From: an uncultured Verrucomicrobiae bacterium
GTDB taxonomy: Bacteria > Verrucomicrobiota > Verrucomicrobiia > Chthoniobacterales > JACTMZ01
Reading direction: 5' to 3'
Assembly: GCA_963776165.1 (NCBI GenBank)
Contig: CAVZLI010000001.1
Coordinates: forward strand, 130,658-194,657
DNA length: 64,000 nt
Within the stretch, counting starts at the first letter, position 1. Each line of letters begins with the position of its first letter. This document shows positions 45,003 to 55,204 of the stretch, piece after piece. The notes beneath the pieces are model-generated. The model ran no database searches. It was not told where the DNA came from and was given only the letters and a program-made list of their open reading frames with translations. The position numbers and the translations under genes are program-made.

Positions 45003-47962
45003 GCGACCTCTTCGCCGACAAGCTCGACCTCTCCGAATTTCCACCGGCGTCCCTCGCCGACTGGCGTGCCGCTGCCGAAGCTTCCCTCAAGGGAAAACCG
45101 CTGGCCGATCTCGTTTCGCAAACGCCCGACGGACTCCGGATCGAACCGATCTACACTTCCGAAAACTCCTCGCTCTTGCCCAGTGGGGATGCTGCCCCGG
45201 GAGTTTTTCCTTATGTGCGCGGCGGCAAAGCGTCGGCCGATTGGACGACGGTCGAGCAAGGCGAACCGCGCTTGCCCGAGGGCGGGGTGCGCATCGATGC
45301 CGCCTCGCAAGCGGCATCCGGTGCGGCCGCGGAAGTTGCTTGGGCGTGGACACATGGCGTCGAGGCCCTGCGTTCCTTGCAGGCTTCCGGTCAATCGGTC
45401 GACGAGGCTGCCGGGAAAATCCGTTTCACCTTTGCCGCGTCCGGAGAATTTTTCGTCATCTTGGCCAAACTCCGCGCTGCCCGCCACGGTTGGGCCCGCC
45501 TTGTCGCCGCCCTCGGCGGATCCCCCGCAGCAGCGCGCATGGTCATCCATGCGGTGACGGTCCCAGCACCCCGCGAGGGTGAGGAACCTCACACCAACAT
45601 CTTGCGCTACACCGTGGACGCCTGTGCCGCGGTTCTCGGCGGGTGCGACAGTCTTACCGTGTTGCCGTTCGATGGCGGCCAAGCCGGATTCTCGCAGCGC
45701 CTGGCTTTCAACACCCAACGTATTCTCCGCGAGGAATGTCTCTTGGCTGGCGTGGCCGACGCGGGCGGCGGTTCGTGGTTTGTCGAGTCGTTGACCAAGG
45801 AAATTGCCGATGCCGCGTGGGATCTGGTCCGCCCGGATCTCGGGGAACTCGCGGATGCGCCCGCCCCCGTCGCCGGGCCGGACGCGACCCCGGCTCCGTC
45901 GTCCTCCGGGGAGACCATGGAACACATCACGGTCAAATCGGTCTACGGTCCGGACGACCGTGCCGATTGTCCGCAACTCGGCTTCACCGCGGGCCTCGCG
46001 CCGTATTTGCGCGGACCTTATCCGACGATGTATGTCGTGCGTCCGTGGACCATCCGCCAATACGCGGGATTTTCCACCGCGCGCGAGAGCAACGCCTTTT
46101 ACCGTCGTAATCTGGCCGCCGGACAAATGGGCCTGAGCGTGGCCTTCGATCTGGCCACCCACCGCGGCTACGACTCGGACCATCCGCGGGTCGTCGGTGA
46201 TGTCGGCAAGGCCGGCGTGGCGGTCGATTCCATCCTCGACATGAAGATGCTCTTTGACGGCATCCCGCTCGACAAGATGTCTGTCTCCATGACGATGAAC
46301 GGCGCCGTCATTCCGATCATGGCGTTCTACATCGTGGCCGCCGAGGAGCAGGGGGTGCCGCCGGAAAAGCTCACCGGCACGATCCAGAACGACATCCTCA
46401 AGGAATATATGGTGCGGAACACCTACATTTATCCGCCCGAAGCCTCGATGCGCATCGTGGCCGACATTTTCGCCTACACCTCGGAGAAAATGCCGAAGTT
46501 CAACAGCATCAGCGTGTCCGGCTACCACATGCACGAAGCCGGCGCCCCGGCCGACCTCGAGATCGCCTACACCTTGGCCGACGGCGTGGAATATGTGCGC
46601 ACCGGAGTTCAAGCGGGCATCCCGATCGACGCCTTCGCCCCGCGCATTTCCTTTTTCTGGGCCCAGGGGAAGAACCTCTTCATGGAGATCGCCAAGATGC
46701 GTGCGGCGCGGGTTCTCTGGGCCAAGCTGATGCGCGGCCTCGGCGCCAAGAGCCCGAAGTCGCTGGCCCTGCGCACCCACTCGCAGACCTCCGGCTGGAG
46801 CCTGACCGAGCAGGATCCCTACAACAATGTGGTCCGCACCTGCATCGAAGCCATGGCCGCCGCCTTTGGCGGCACGCAGTCGCTGCACACCAACTCGCTC
46901 GACGAGGCCATTGCCCTGCCCACGGACTTCTCGGCGGCCATCGCGCGCAACACCCAGATTTTCCTGCAGAAGGAGAGCGGGATCTGCCGCACGGTCGACC
47001 CGTGGGGCGGTTCCTATTACGTCGAGAGCCTGACCCGCGACCTCATCGACCGCGCTTGGACGCACCTCGTCGAGGTGGAGAAGCTCGGCGGCATGGCCAA
47101 GGCGATCAACACGGGTCTGCCGAAAATGCGCATCGAGGAAGCCGCGGCGCGGCGTCAGGCCCGCATCGATTCGGCCAGCGAGACCATCGTCGGCGTGAAC
47201 AAATACCAACTCTCCGAGGAAGCCCCGCTGGATATCCTCGAGGTCGACAACACCGCCGTGCGCGAGGAGCAAGTCGCTCAATTGGAGAAGCTGCGCGCCG
47301 AGCGCGACAACACCAAGGTCACAGCGGCGCTCGAGGCTCTGACGTCCGCGGCCGAAAGCGGCCAAGGCAACTTGCTGGCCCTCGCGGTCGACGCCGCCCG
47401 TGCCCGCGCCACGCTCGGGGAGATTTCCGACGCCATGGAGAAGGTGTATGGTCGCCACATGGCCGTGGTGCGATCGATTTCCGGCGTCTACGGACGCGAG
47501 TTCGGCGAGAACCAGCAGATCGCCGAAGTGCGCCGCATGAGCGATGACTTCGCCAAGCGCCACGGGCGCCGCCCGCGCATGCTGGTGGCCAAGATCGGCC
47601 AGGACGGACACGATCGCGGGGCCAAGGTGGTCTCCACCGCCTTCGCCGATCTCGGATTCGACGTGGATATCGGTCCACTTTTCCAGACACCTGAAGAAAC
47701 AGCCAAGCAGGCCGTGGAAAACGACGTGCATATCGTGGGCTTCAGTTCCCTCGCCGCGGGCCACAAGACCCTGCTGCCCCAGTTGGTCGCCGAGCTGAAA
47801 AAACTCGGCCGCCCCGACATTCTCGTGGTGGTCGGCGGGGTCATCCCGCACCAGGACTACGAATTTCTCCAGCAAAACGGCGCCGCGGAAATCTTCGGCC
47901 CGGGCACGGTCATTCCCGACGCCGCGAAACGCCTCATCGCCGATCTCGAGGCGAAGGTTTGA
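44999..47962 (+). CDS. methylmalonyl-CoA mutase: N-terminal MutA-like extension fused to the catalytic and B12-binding domains
   Basis: 987-aa ORF with an ATGA overlap with the upstream gene. The core reads [26 protein letters not shown]. The C-terminal B12 domain reads [12 protein letters not shown], containing the DxHxxG motif. Confidence 0.9.
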   Translation: MSDLFADKLDLSEFPPASLADWRAAAEASLKGKPLADLVSQTPDGLRIEPIYTSENSSLLPSGDAAPGVFPYVRGGKASADWTTVEQGEPRLPEGGVRIDAASQAASGAAAEVAWAWTHGVEALRSLQASGQSVDEAAGKIRFTFAASGEFFVILAKLRAARHGWARLVAALGGSPAAARMVIHAVTVPAPREGEEPHTNILRYTVDACAAVLGGCDSLTVLPFDGGQAGFSQRLAFNTQRILREECLLAGVADAGGGSWFVESLTKEIADAAWDLVRPDLGELADAPAPVAGPDATPAPSSSGETMEHITVKSVYGPDDRADCPQLGFTAGLAPYLRGPYPTMYVVRPWTIRQYAGFSTARESNAFYRRNLAAGQMGLSVAFDLATHRGYDSDHPRVVGDVGKAGVAVDSILDMKMLFDGIPLDKMSVSMTMNGAVIPIMAFYIVAAEEQGVPPEKLTGTIQNDILKEYMVRNTYIYPPEASMRIVADIFAYTSEKMPKFNSISVSGYHMHEAGAPADLEIAYTLADGVEYVRTGVQAGIPIDAFAPRISFFWAQGKNLFMEIAKMRAARVLWAKLMRGLGAKSPKSLALRTHSQTSGWSLTEQDPYNNVVRTCIEAMAAAFGGTQSLHTNSLDEAIALPTDFSAAIARNTQIFLQKESGICRTVDPWGGSYYVESLTRDLIDRAWTHLVEVEKLGGMAKAINTGLPKMRIEEAAARRQARIDSASETIVGVNKYQLSEEAPLDILEVDNTAVREEQVAQLEKLRAERDNTKVTAALEALTSAAESGQGNLLALAVDAARARATLGEISDAMEKVYGRHMAVVRSISGVYGREFGENQQIAEVRRMSDDFAKRHGRRPRMLVAKIGQDGHDRGAKVVSTAFADLGFDVDIGPLFQTPEETAKQAVENDVHIVGFSSLAAGHKTLLPQLVAELKKLGRPDILVVVGGVIPHQDYEFLQQNGAAEIFGPGTVIPDAAKRLIADLEAKV

Positions 47963-47965
47963 CGA

Positions 47966-48766
47966 TCAGGAGTTTCCCACTTTGAGGGGGCGCCCGGTTT
48001 TGCCGCGCAGGACCATGAGGATTTCCGCGAGGACGCTGACGGCGATTTCGGCCGGGGAGTCCGAACCGATGTCGAGGCCAAGGGGGGCGTAGACGGTGGC
48101 GAGTTGCTCGGGGGTGATGCCTTCGGCTTTGAGCTGATCGTAAACCTGGATGACCTTGCGGCGGCTGCCGATCATGCCGATGTAGCCCATGCCGCCATGC
48201 CGCAGTGCGGCGGCGAGGGCTTCGCGGTCGATGTCGTAGTGGCGGCTGACGATGACGAGAGCGTCGTTGCGGTCCCAGTCATGGGCGGAGATGTAACCCG
48301 GCGCGGGATCGGTAAGGCGGACGTGCGCGGCTTCACATTTGGCGAGAATATCGTCCCGGTCTTCGAGGGCGGTGACGTGGAAGCCGCATTCGCTGGCCAG
48401 TTTTGCGATGGCCTGCGCGCAGTGTCCGCCGCCGATGATGAGGAGGCGGTGGGCCGGGAGTTCCGGTTCAATGAAGACCGTGACTTCGCCCCCACAGATG
48501 GCGCCGAAGGAATCGGGCTGATCCTCGCGGAGGGGCCAGGTTTCGAGGAGCGGCTCCCGGCGGGCGAGGCAGTCGAGGGCTTGGGCGATGACGAGCGATT
48601 CGAATTTGCCGCCGCCGACCGTGCCGGAAATCGAGCCGTCCGCATAGACGATCATTTTGGCGCCGGCGTGGCGCGGCACGGAACCTTTGGTCGCTGCCAC
48701 GGTGGCGAGGGCGCAGGGACGCCCGGCGCGCCGGGCGGCAAGCAACTCTTCGAGGATGACGCTCAT
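47966..48766 (-). CDS. XdhC/CoxI-family accessory protein
   Basis: ATG at 48766 gives MSVILEELLAARRAGRPCALATVAATKGSVPR. A Rossmann-like region (LLIIGGGHCAQA) is present. Confidence 0.7.
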   Translation of the reverse strand: MSVILEELLAARRAGRPCALATVAATKGSVPRHAGAKMIVYADGSISGTVGGGKFESLVIAQALDCLARREPLLETWPLREDQPDSFGAICGGEVTVFIEPELPAHRLLIIGGGHCAQAIAKLASECGFHVTALEDRDDILAKCEAAHVRLTDPAPGYISAHDWDRNDALVIVSRHYDIDREALAAALRHGGMGYIGMIGSRRKVIQVYDQLKAEGITPEQLATVYAPLGLDIGSDSPAEIAVSVLAEILMVLRGKTGRPLKVGNS

Positions 48767-48790
48767 CGTGGGCGGACGAGCCGGCGGCTC

Positions 48791-48828
48791 GTCCCTACCC
48801 GGGTAGGGACACGCGGCTCGCGTGTCCG
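48791..48828. repeat. REP-like unit: 20-bp perfect palindrome plus an adjacent hairpin
   Basis: GTCCCTACCC|GGGTAGGGAC is followed by GGACACGCG-GCT-CGCGTGTCC. It shares the GGTAGGGAC/CCCTACC module with the units at 15193-15270 and 60470-60495. Confidence 0.7.
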
Positions 48829-48836
48829 TATATGGT

Positions 48837-50177
48837 TCACAGCCGGCTGAAGGATTCGTCGAGGACCTCGAGGAGGAAGTCGGCGTCGGCTTGGTTGATG
48901 CACATGGGCGGGGCGAAGCGGATGGTCTGTCCGCGCAATCCGCCTTTGCCGAGGAGGAGTCCGAGATCGCGAGCGGTTTCCAGCACCTGCGCGCATTCCG
49001 CGGTGGCGGGTTCCTTGGTTTCGCGGTCCTTGACCATTTCGATGCCGAGCATGAGGCCCTTGCCGCGGACATCACCGATGATTTTGTGCTTTTTCTTCAG
49101 CTTGTTCAGTCCGGCGAGGATGTATTCGCCCATTTTGTGCGAATTCTCCTGCAACTTGTCCCGTTCGATAACCTCGAGGACGGCGTGGCCCATGGCGCTG
49201 ACCACGGGGTTGCCGCCGAAGGTGTTGAAGTGGACTTTGCCGACGAGGGACTGCGCGATTTCGTGGGTGGTGACGACGGCGGCGAGGGGGCACCCGTTGC
49301 CGATACCCTTGGCCATGGTGACAATGTCGGGGATAACACCCTGCGTTTCGAAGCCCCAGAAATGAGTGCCCGTCCGGCCGAAACCGGTCTGGACTTCGTC
49401 GGCGATGCACACGCCACCGGCGGCGCGGACGTGCTGGTAGACATTCTTCAAATAGTCGGGCGGGAATTCGACGAAGCCGCCGACGCCCTGGATCGATTCG
49501 GCGATGAAGCCGGCGATGCGTCCGGAGCTGGCGAAGTCGATGATTTCCTTCACGTCATTGGCGTATTTGGGTCCGGCTTGCGGGTCATCATAACCCCAGA
49601 TGCCGCGGTAAGGATACGGTGCCAGCGCGTGGTGCACGCCGAAGGCCTGGGGGATGTTGTATTTCCACGTGCCGTGCGCGGTAACCCCCATGGTGGCGTG
49701 GTTGCCGCCGTGGTAGGCGTTGCGCAGGGCGATGATGTCGAAATTGCCCGTGTAGGCCCGGGCCATGAGGATGGCGAGGTCGTTGGCTTCCGAACCGGAG
49801 TTGACGAAGTAGCAAGCCTTGAGGTCGCCGGGCATTTTCGAGGCGAGTTTCTCGGCGTATCGCGAGACGTTCGGGTGCAAGTAGATTGTGGTCGAGTGCT
49901 GGTACAGTTCGCTCTGTTTGTTGCCGGCCTCGATGACGTGGGGGTGGCAGTGGCCGACGCTGATGGTGACGATGCCGCCGAGGCCGTCGAGGTAGCGTTT
50001 GCCCGTCTCGTCCCACACGTATTGCATGCGGCCCTCGACGATCATGAGGGGCTTCTTGTAGTAGAGAAAAATACCGGGGTTCATGAACTGCTTGCGCAGG
50101 GCGAGAACCTCGTCGGGCGAAGGGCCGGTGTAGGGCCGGGGTTGGTGATCGGTCGGGGGGAGTGCGGGTGTTTTCAT
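48837..50177 (-). CDS. class III aminotransferase (AGXT2 / beta-alanine- or beta-aminoisobutyrate-pyruvate type)
   Basis: The ATG at 50177 (ATGA overlap with the permease stop) starts the gene. Motifs [21 protein letters not shown] and TMAKGIGNG (PLP lysine) are present. Confidence 0.78.
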   Translation of the reverse strand: MKTPALPPTDHQPRPYTGPSPDEVLALRKQFMNPGIFLYYKKPLMIVEGRMQYVWDETGKRYLDGLGGIVTISVGHCHPHVIEAGNKQSELYQHSTTIYLHPNVSRYAEKLASKMPGDLKACYFVNSGSEANDLAILMARAYTGNFDIIALRNAYHGGNHATMGVTAHGTWKYNIPQAFGVHHALAPYPYRGIWGYDDPQAGPKYANDVKEIIDFASSGRIAGFIAESIQGVGGFVEFPPDYLKNVYQHVRAAGGVCIADEVQTGFGRTGTHFWGFETQGVIPDIVTMAKGIGNGCPLAAVVTTHEIAQSLVGKVHFNTFGGNPVVSAMGHAVLEVIERDKLQENSHKMGEYILAGLNKLKKKHKIIGDVRGKGLMLGIEMVKDRETKEPATAECAQVLETARDLGLLLGKGGLRGQTIRFAPPMCINQADADFLLEVLDESFSRL

Positions 50178-51640
50178 CGGTTCGGGAACAGCTTGCGAAG
50201 AAGAGTATACAGCAAAAATGCCAACGCGAAGCCCACAAACCATGCATAATGATAGCTCGCGACCAGCCAGGACGGGAACGCCTCGGCCGGCGCCCAGTGC
50301 ACGGCGACGAGGAAGCCTGGCAGGTTGGGGACGACTGCGAGAAAGAGCGCCGCGAAACCAACAAGGCTGAATCCGCCGCTGTAACGGTAAACGCCATGCG
50401 AGCGATAGAGGTCGTCAACATTCAGATATCGGCGGCGGATGACAAAGTAGTCCGCGATCATGATGCCGGCGATGGGTCCGAGCAGTGCGCTGTAGCCGAT
50501 GAGCCAGGTGAAAATATAGCCGCTGGGGTCCTCGTAAAGTTTCCACGGAAACATCAGGACACCGATGAAGGCGGTGATGAGTCCGCCGGTGCGGAAGCTG
50601 ATGCGGCGGGGGTTGAGGTTGGAGAAGTCGTTGGCGGGCGAGACGACGTTGGCGGCGATGTTGGTCGAGAGGGTGGCGACGGCGAGGACCACCAAGGCGA
50701 GGGCGGAGACGGCCGGACTACCGATGCGGGCGATCAATTTCACCGGATCCCACAGGGCCTCGCCGAAAATGACAACGGTGGCACTGGTCACGATGATGCC
50801 GACGAACGAATAGAGTGTCATGGTCGTTGGCAGACCGATGGCTTGTCCGGTGATCTGCGCGCGCTGGTCTCGGGCGTAGCGGGAAAAGTCCGGGATATTG
50901 AGCGAGAGCGTGGCCCAGTAGCCGACCATGGCGGTCAGTCCAGCCCCGAAAATCGGCCAGAACGCTTCCTCGGTGCCGAGGCGACTGGGTTGCGAGAAGA
51001 TCGGACCAAATCCGTCAGCCGCACCCCAAGCCCACCAGACGAGCAGCAGACCGACGAGGAGCAGGAATGGCGCGCTGAGGGCCTCGAGCCATTTGATGGA
51101 ATCCATCCCACGCAGGATGAAGTAGACGTTGACCGCCCAGAAAATCATGAAGCATGTGAACTCGCCGGCCGAGATGCCGAGGACGGGCAGTGGCACGCGT
51201 TCGGTAGCATCGAAGCCGAATATGACGCCGGCCGTGGCGTAGATGGCGGCGCCGCCGACCCATGTTTGGATGCCAAACCATCCGCAGGCCACGATGCCAC
51301 GCATGAGTGCGGGAATATTCGAACCCCACGGACCGAACGAGGCCCGCAGCAGAACGGGGAAGGGGATGCCGTATTTAGTGCCCGGATGCGCGTTGAGCGT
51401 CATGGGCACGAGGACGATGAGGTTGCCGAGGAAAATAACGAGGAGCGCCTGGCTCCAATTCATTCCCTGTTGGATGAGGCCCGCGGCCAGCATGTAAGTC
51501 GGGATGCACACGGCCATGCCGACCCAGAGGGCGGCGACGTTCCACGTGGTCCAAGTGCGCCGCTCCGGTTGGACCGGAGCGAGGTCCTTGTTCCAGAGGT
51601 GCGGGTCGTGATTGTCGGGTGCGGGGCGCATGGAATGCAC
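50174..51640 (-). CDS. NCS1-family nucleobase/hydantoin:cation symporter
   Basis: 488-aa ORF with NKDLAPV...RTWTTWN and 12-TM NCS1-type sequence. Confidence 0.8.
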   Translation of the reverse strand: MHSMRPAPDNHDPHLWNKDLAPVQPERRTWTTWNVAALWVGMAVCIPTYMLAAGLIQQGMNWSQALLVIFLGNLIVLVPMTLNAHPGTKYGIPFPVLLRASFGPWGSNIPALMRGIVACGWFGIQTWVGGAAIYATAGVIFGFDATERVPLPVLGISAGEFTCFMIFWAVNVYFILRGMDSIKWLEALSAPFLLLVGLLLVWWAWGAADGFGPIFSQPSRLGTEEAFWPIFGAGLTAMVGYWATLSLNIPDFSRYARDQRAQITGQAIGLPTTMTLYSFVGIIVTSATVVIFGEALWDPVKLIARIGSPAVSALALVVLAVATLSTNIAANVVSPANDFSNLNPRRISFRTGGLITAFIGVLMFPWKLYEDPSGYIFTWLIGYSALLGPIAGIMIADYFVIRRRYLNVDDLYRSHGVYRYSGGFSLVGFAALFLAVVPNLPGFLVAVHWAPAEAFPSWLVASYHYAWFVGFALAFLLYTLLRKLFPNR

Positions 51641-51684
51641 CGGCGGTCATAGACCGCCGCGACCAGCGGGGCAAGACTCGGAGA

Positions 51685-53070
51685 TCAGAAATGCGAGGGC
51701 TTCCGCTGGAGGAAGCGGCCACGGCCAACGGTGCCGACGAACTTTCCGTCGCGGACGGCGACCTCGCCGCGGACGGTGACGATCGATGGGCGTCCCTCGA
51801 TTTCCCAGCCCTCGAAGGCATTGTAGTCGACGTTTTGGGTCTGGGTCTTGACCGAGAGTTTGCCGCGGTAGGACGGATCGTAGATGACAAGGTCGGCATC
51901 GGCCCCGGGTTGGATCACGCCCTTGCGCGGGTAGAGGTCGAAGATTTTCGCGGCATTGGTGCTGGCCACGGCGACCAACTGCTGGAGGGTCAGGCGCCCT
52001 TTTTTCACGCCGTGCGTGTAGAGCAGATTGATGCGGTCCTCGATGGACGGGATGCCATTGGGGATCTTGGTGAAGTCGTCTTGGCCCATCCGCTTCTTCT
52101 GTTCCTCGAAGTCGAACGGTGCGTGGTCCGTGCCGACGGTGTTGACCAAGCCGCTGGCCAGTCCGTCCCAGAGAATTTGCTGGTTCGAAACATCGCGCAG
52201 GGGCGGGGACATGACGAACTTGGCACCCTCGAAGTCGGGCTTCTCGGCGTAGGTTTTGTCGAGGACAAGGTATTGGATGAGGGTCTCGACGAACACATTC
52301 ACCCCGCGCTCACGCGCGTTGATCGCCTCGCGCAGGGCCTCGAGGCAGCTGAGGTGGACGATGTAAGTGTGCGCGCCGGTCAGGGCGGCGAAGGACATCA
52401 AATGGTGCACGCCCTCGGCTTCGACGTAAGGCGGCCGGCTGTCATGGTGGGCGTCGGGTCCGGTGCGGCCGGCGGCGAGGAGTTCTTTTTGCAACTGCGC
52501 GACGAGCGTTTCGTTCTCGCAGTGGGCCGTGACGATGACGCCGAGTTCTTTGGCCAGTTTGAGGGTTTCCCAAAGTTCGGTGTCATCGACCCCGAACGCG
52601 CCCTTGTAAGCGAGGAAGACTTTGAAGCTGCCCACGCCCTGTTTGACGATTTCGCGCAGTTGTTTGGCCGAGTCCGCGTCGAAGCGGGTCACCCCCATGT
52701 GGAAAGTGTAATCGCAGCAGGCCTTGCCCTCGGCCTGGGCCTGCCAAGTGGCAAAGCCCTCGGCCGGCGCCATGTCGCGCGAAGGACAGACCATTTCGAA
52801 AATCGTCGTGGTGCCCCCGACAAGTGCGGCTTTGGTGCCGGTCTCGTAATTGTCCTTCGAAACCGTGCCCATGAAGGGCAGGAAAATATGCGTGTGCGGG
52901 TCGATGAAGCCGGGGAAGACATGTTTGCCGGCAGCGTCGATCACTTCGGCGCCCGCGGGCGGGGTGATGTTCTGGTCGATCCGGTTGATGGTATCGCCTT
53001 CGCACAGGATGTCGGCGGTGTAGCGCGTGTCGGCGTTGATGATGTCGGCATTTTTAATGAGAAGTGACAT
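51685..53070 (-). CDS. dihydropyrimidinase / D-hydantoinase
   Basis: ATG at 53070 gives MSLLIKNADIIN...PGFIDPHTHI. The carbamylated-Lys region reads GSFKVFLAYKG. GTDHAPF is present. Confidence 0.85.
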   Translation of the reverse strand: MSLLIKNADIINADTRYTADILCEGDTINRIDQNITPPAGAEVIDAAGKHVFPGFIDPHTHIFLPFMGTVSKDNYETGTKAALVGGTTTIFEMVCPSRDMAPAEGFATWQAQAEGKACCDYTFHMGVTRFDADSAKQLREIVKQGVGSFKVFLAYKGAFGVDDTELWETLKLAKELGVIVTAHCENETLVAQLQKELLAAGRTGPDAHHDSRPPYVEAEGVHHLMSFAALTGAHTYIVHLSCLEALREAINARERGVNVFVETLIQYLVLDKTYAEKPDFEGAKFVMSPPLRDVSNQQILWDGLASGLVNTVGTDHAPFDFEEQKKRMGQDDFTKIPNGIPSIEDRINLLYTHGVKKGRLTLQQLVAVASTNAAKIFDLYPRKGVIQPGADADLVIYDPSYRGKLSVKTQTQNVDYNAFEGWEIEGRPSIVTVRGEVAVRDGKFVGTVGRGRFLQRKPSHF

Positions 53071-53506
53071 GGGACTTGTGACGTGTGACGAGTTGGGTGT
53101 TGTTACTTGAGCGTGGTAAGCTTGCGGCGGAGACCGTTGAGCATGCGGCGGAGTTCGTCGACGAGACCTGTGGCATTGGCGGTTTCTTGCGAATTTAGAA
53201 GTTTCAAGTCCTGACACAGGGTCAGTTGGGTGTCGAGTTCGGCCACCGATCCCTCGGCGTGGGAGATGAACTGGATGAACTCACCGGTGGTGTGGCGCGC
53301 CTGGCCTTCGGCGATGTTCGAAGGGACTGATACAGCGGCGCGGCGCATCTGCGACACAAGGCCGAACTTTTCATCGGCCGGCAACTTCCTTGTGAGAAGG
53401 TAAATCTCACGCGCGAGGGAGATGCCTTTTTGCCAAACAACGAGATCACGATATCCCTGCGCTTTCGGATTGTCGTGCTTGTCACTCGTCACAAGTCACA
53501 TGTCAC
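53064..53506 (-). other. IVS-like cassette: four-helix-bundle gene bracketed by 26-bp inverted arrays of tandem heptamers
   Basis: The left array at 53064-53089 reads GTGACAT GGGACTT GTGACGT GTGAC. The right array at 53481-53506 reads GTCACTC GTCACAA GTCACAT GTCAC. They are complementary at 24 of 26 positions by my alignment. The arrays contain the dihydropyrimidinase ATG and the four-helix-bundle GTG. Confidence 0.6.
53103..53492 (-). CDS. four-helix-bundle protein (23S rRNA intervening-sequence protein / Avd family)
   Basis: 129-aa ORF with YRDLVVWQKGISLAREIYLLT...GLVSQMRRAAVSVPSNIAEGQAR...HAEGSVAELDTQL, the family signature. Confidence 0.85.
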   Translation of the reverse strand: MTSDKHDNPKAQGYRDLVVWQKGISLAREIYLLTRKLPADEKFGLVSQMRRAAVSVPSNIAEGQARHTTGEFIQFISHAEGSVAELDTQLTLCQDLKLLNSQETANATGLVDELRRMLNGLRRKLTTLK

Positions 53507-53512
53507 AAGGTT

Positions 53513-55006
53513 CTATTTGTCCGACCAAATAGAACCCTCCCCGTAGCTGAACCAGCGGGTGGTGGTGACTTTTTGCTGGGTGTAGAAGGCGACGCTTTCG
53601 CGGCCTTGGATGTGGAGGTCGCCGAAGAACGATTGGTGCCATCCGCTGAAGGGGAAGAAGGCCATGGGGGCGGGGACGCCGATGTTCACGCCGACCATGC
53701 CGGCTTGGATGCGGTGACGGAATTCGCGGGCCGCTTTGCCGCTTCGCGTGAAAATGGCGGCGCCGTTGCCGTAGATGGAGCGGTTGGCCAGTTCGATGGC
53801 GGAGTCGAGGTCTTCCATGCGGACGACGTTGAGCACGGGGCCGAAAACTTCTTCTTTCATGGTGATCATGTCGGGCAGGACGTGATCGAGGACGGTGGGG
53901 CCGACGTAGAAACCTTTCGGGGCGGACTCCACTTTGGTGTGGCGTCCGTCGGTGAGGGGTTTGGCGCCTTGGTCGGCGGCTTGGGTGATGAGGTTGCAGA
54001 CGCGGTCGGCGTGTTCGCGGGTGATGACGGCGCCCATCTGGGCCTGCGGGTCGCGGTCGGTCGGGCCGACGCGGATTTTGGCAACGACATCGACCAGCGC
54101 GGGCAGGACGGTGTGGGCCGCATCGCCGATGGCCACGGCGGTGGAGCTGGCCATGCAGCGCTCGCCGGCGCAGCCGAAGGCGGATTCGACGAGGCCGGTG
54201 GCGGAATTGGTCACGTCCGCATCGGGCATGATAAGAACGAAATTTTTCGCGCCCCCGGCGGCTTGCACGCGTTTGCCGTGAGCCGTGCCCGTTTCGTAGA
54301 TGTATTTGGCGATCGGGGTCGAGCCGACGAAGGAGACGGCTTTGATCGTCGGGTGCTTGAGGATGGCATCGACGGCTTCGCGTCCGCCGTGAACGAGGTT
54401 GAGCACCCCGGGAGGAAGCCCGGCCTTTTCCGCGAGCTGCGCGATGCGGATCGAGGTGAGCGGGACTTTCTCGCTGGGTTTGAGGACAAAGGTGTTTCCG
54501 CAGGCGATAGCCATGGGCCACATCCAGAGGGGGACCATGGCGGGGAAATTGAATGGCGTGATGCCGGCGACCACGCCGAGAGGTTGGCGGATGGAATCGC
54601 AATCGATGCCGCGCGCCACATTTTCCAGCGACTCGCCCATGAGGAGCGAGGGCGCGCCGCAGGCGAATTCGATGTTTTCCAGCCCGCGTCGCACATCGCC
54701 GCGTGCCTCGGCCAGCGTCTTGCCGTGCTCGCGGGTCACGCTTTGGGCCAGTTCCTCGAAGTGGTCTTCGAGCATGACCTTGAGCTTCATCAAAATGCGG
54801 GCGCGTTCGACGGGCGGGGTTTCCATCCACTTGGGGAATGCCTCGGCGGCGGCGCGCACGGCTTGATCGACGGTGTCGGCGCCACAGAGCGGGGTCTCGG
54901 CGATGACTTCGCCGACGGACGGATTATGGACTGGGGTGGTGGGGACGCCGGACACATTGGTCCATTCGCCGCCGATGAAAAGCGGGACAGGGAGGATTTT
55001 GCTCAT
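53513..55006 (-). CDS. mmsA: CoA-acylating methylmalonate-semialdehyde dehydrogenase
   Basis: 497-aa ORF with aldehyde dehydrogenase motifs (FPAMVPLWMWP, the catalytic Cys in GERCMA) and an MmsA-type N-terminus LFIGGEW. Confidence 0.88.
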   Translation of the reverse strand: MSKILPVPLFIGGEWTNVSGVPTTPVHNPSVGEVIAETPLCGADTVDQAVRAAAEAFPKWMETPPVERARILMKLKVMLEDHFEELAQSVTREHGKTLAEARGDVRRGLENIEFACGAPSLLMGESLENVARGIDCDSIRQPLGVVAGITPFNFPAMVPLWMWPMAIACGNTFVLKPSEKVPLTSIRIAQLAEKAGLPPGVLNLVHGGREAVDAILKHPTIKAVSFVGSTPIAKYIYETGTAHGKRVQAAGGAKNFVLIMPDADVTNSATGLVESAFGCAGERCMASSTAVAIGDAAHTVLPALVDVVAKIRVGPTDRDPQAQMGAVITREHADRVCNLITQAADQGAKPLTDGRHTKVESAPKGFYVGPTVLDHVLPDMITMKEEVFGPVLNVVRMEDLDSAIELANRSIYGNGAAIFTRSGKAAREFRHRIQAGMVGVNIGVPAPMAFFPFSGWHQSFFGDLHIQGRESVAFYTQQKVTTTRWFSYGEGSIWSDK

Positions 55007-55079
55007 GAAACGAACTGCGTTGGAGATGAAGGACTACGACTTCCGGGCGTGGGGGGCAAAGGGAAAAGTCTCACGGAAG

Positions 55080-55153
55080 TGGCTGGCCCGCATGGACTCG
55101 AACCATGAATAACGGCTCCAAAGGCCGCTGTGTTACCATTACACCACAGGCCA
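55080..55153 (-). tRNA. tRNA-Gln (anticodon UUG), CCA encoded
   Basis: Hand-folded cloverleaf. The acceptor is TGGCCTG/CGGGCCA, the D arm GTGT-AATGGTA-ACAC. The anticodon arm is GCGGC-CTTTGGA-GCCGT with anticodon TTG. The T arm is CATGG-TTCGAGT-CCATG, followed by G-CCA. Confidence 0.85.
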
Positions 55154-55204
55154 TGTGATGAACGGAGTAACGTGGCTGAAGTGGGGCTTGGGTGCAAGTC
55201 TGCG

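Noticed and set aside
44525-47875. 1116-aa minus-strand ORF opposite the methylmalonyl-CoA mutase gene
   Set aside because: It is a shadow ORF with low-complexity R/G/A-rich translation and no recognisable motifs. The plus-strand mutase is unambiguous. The same reasoning applies to 35593..38058 (+) opposite mutS, 21950..23896 (-) opposite GH13, 59246..60793 (+), and the N-terminal 320 aa of 16649..18394 (-).
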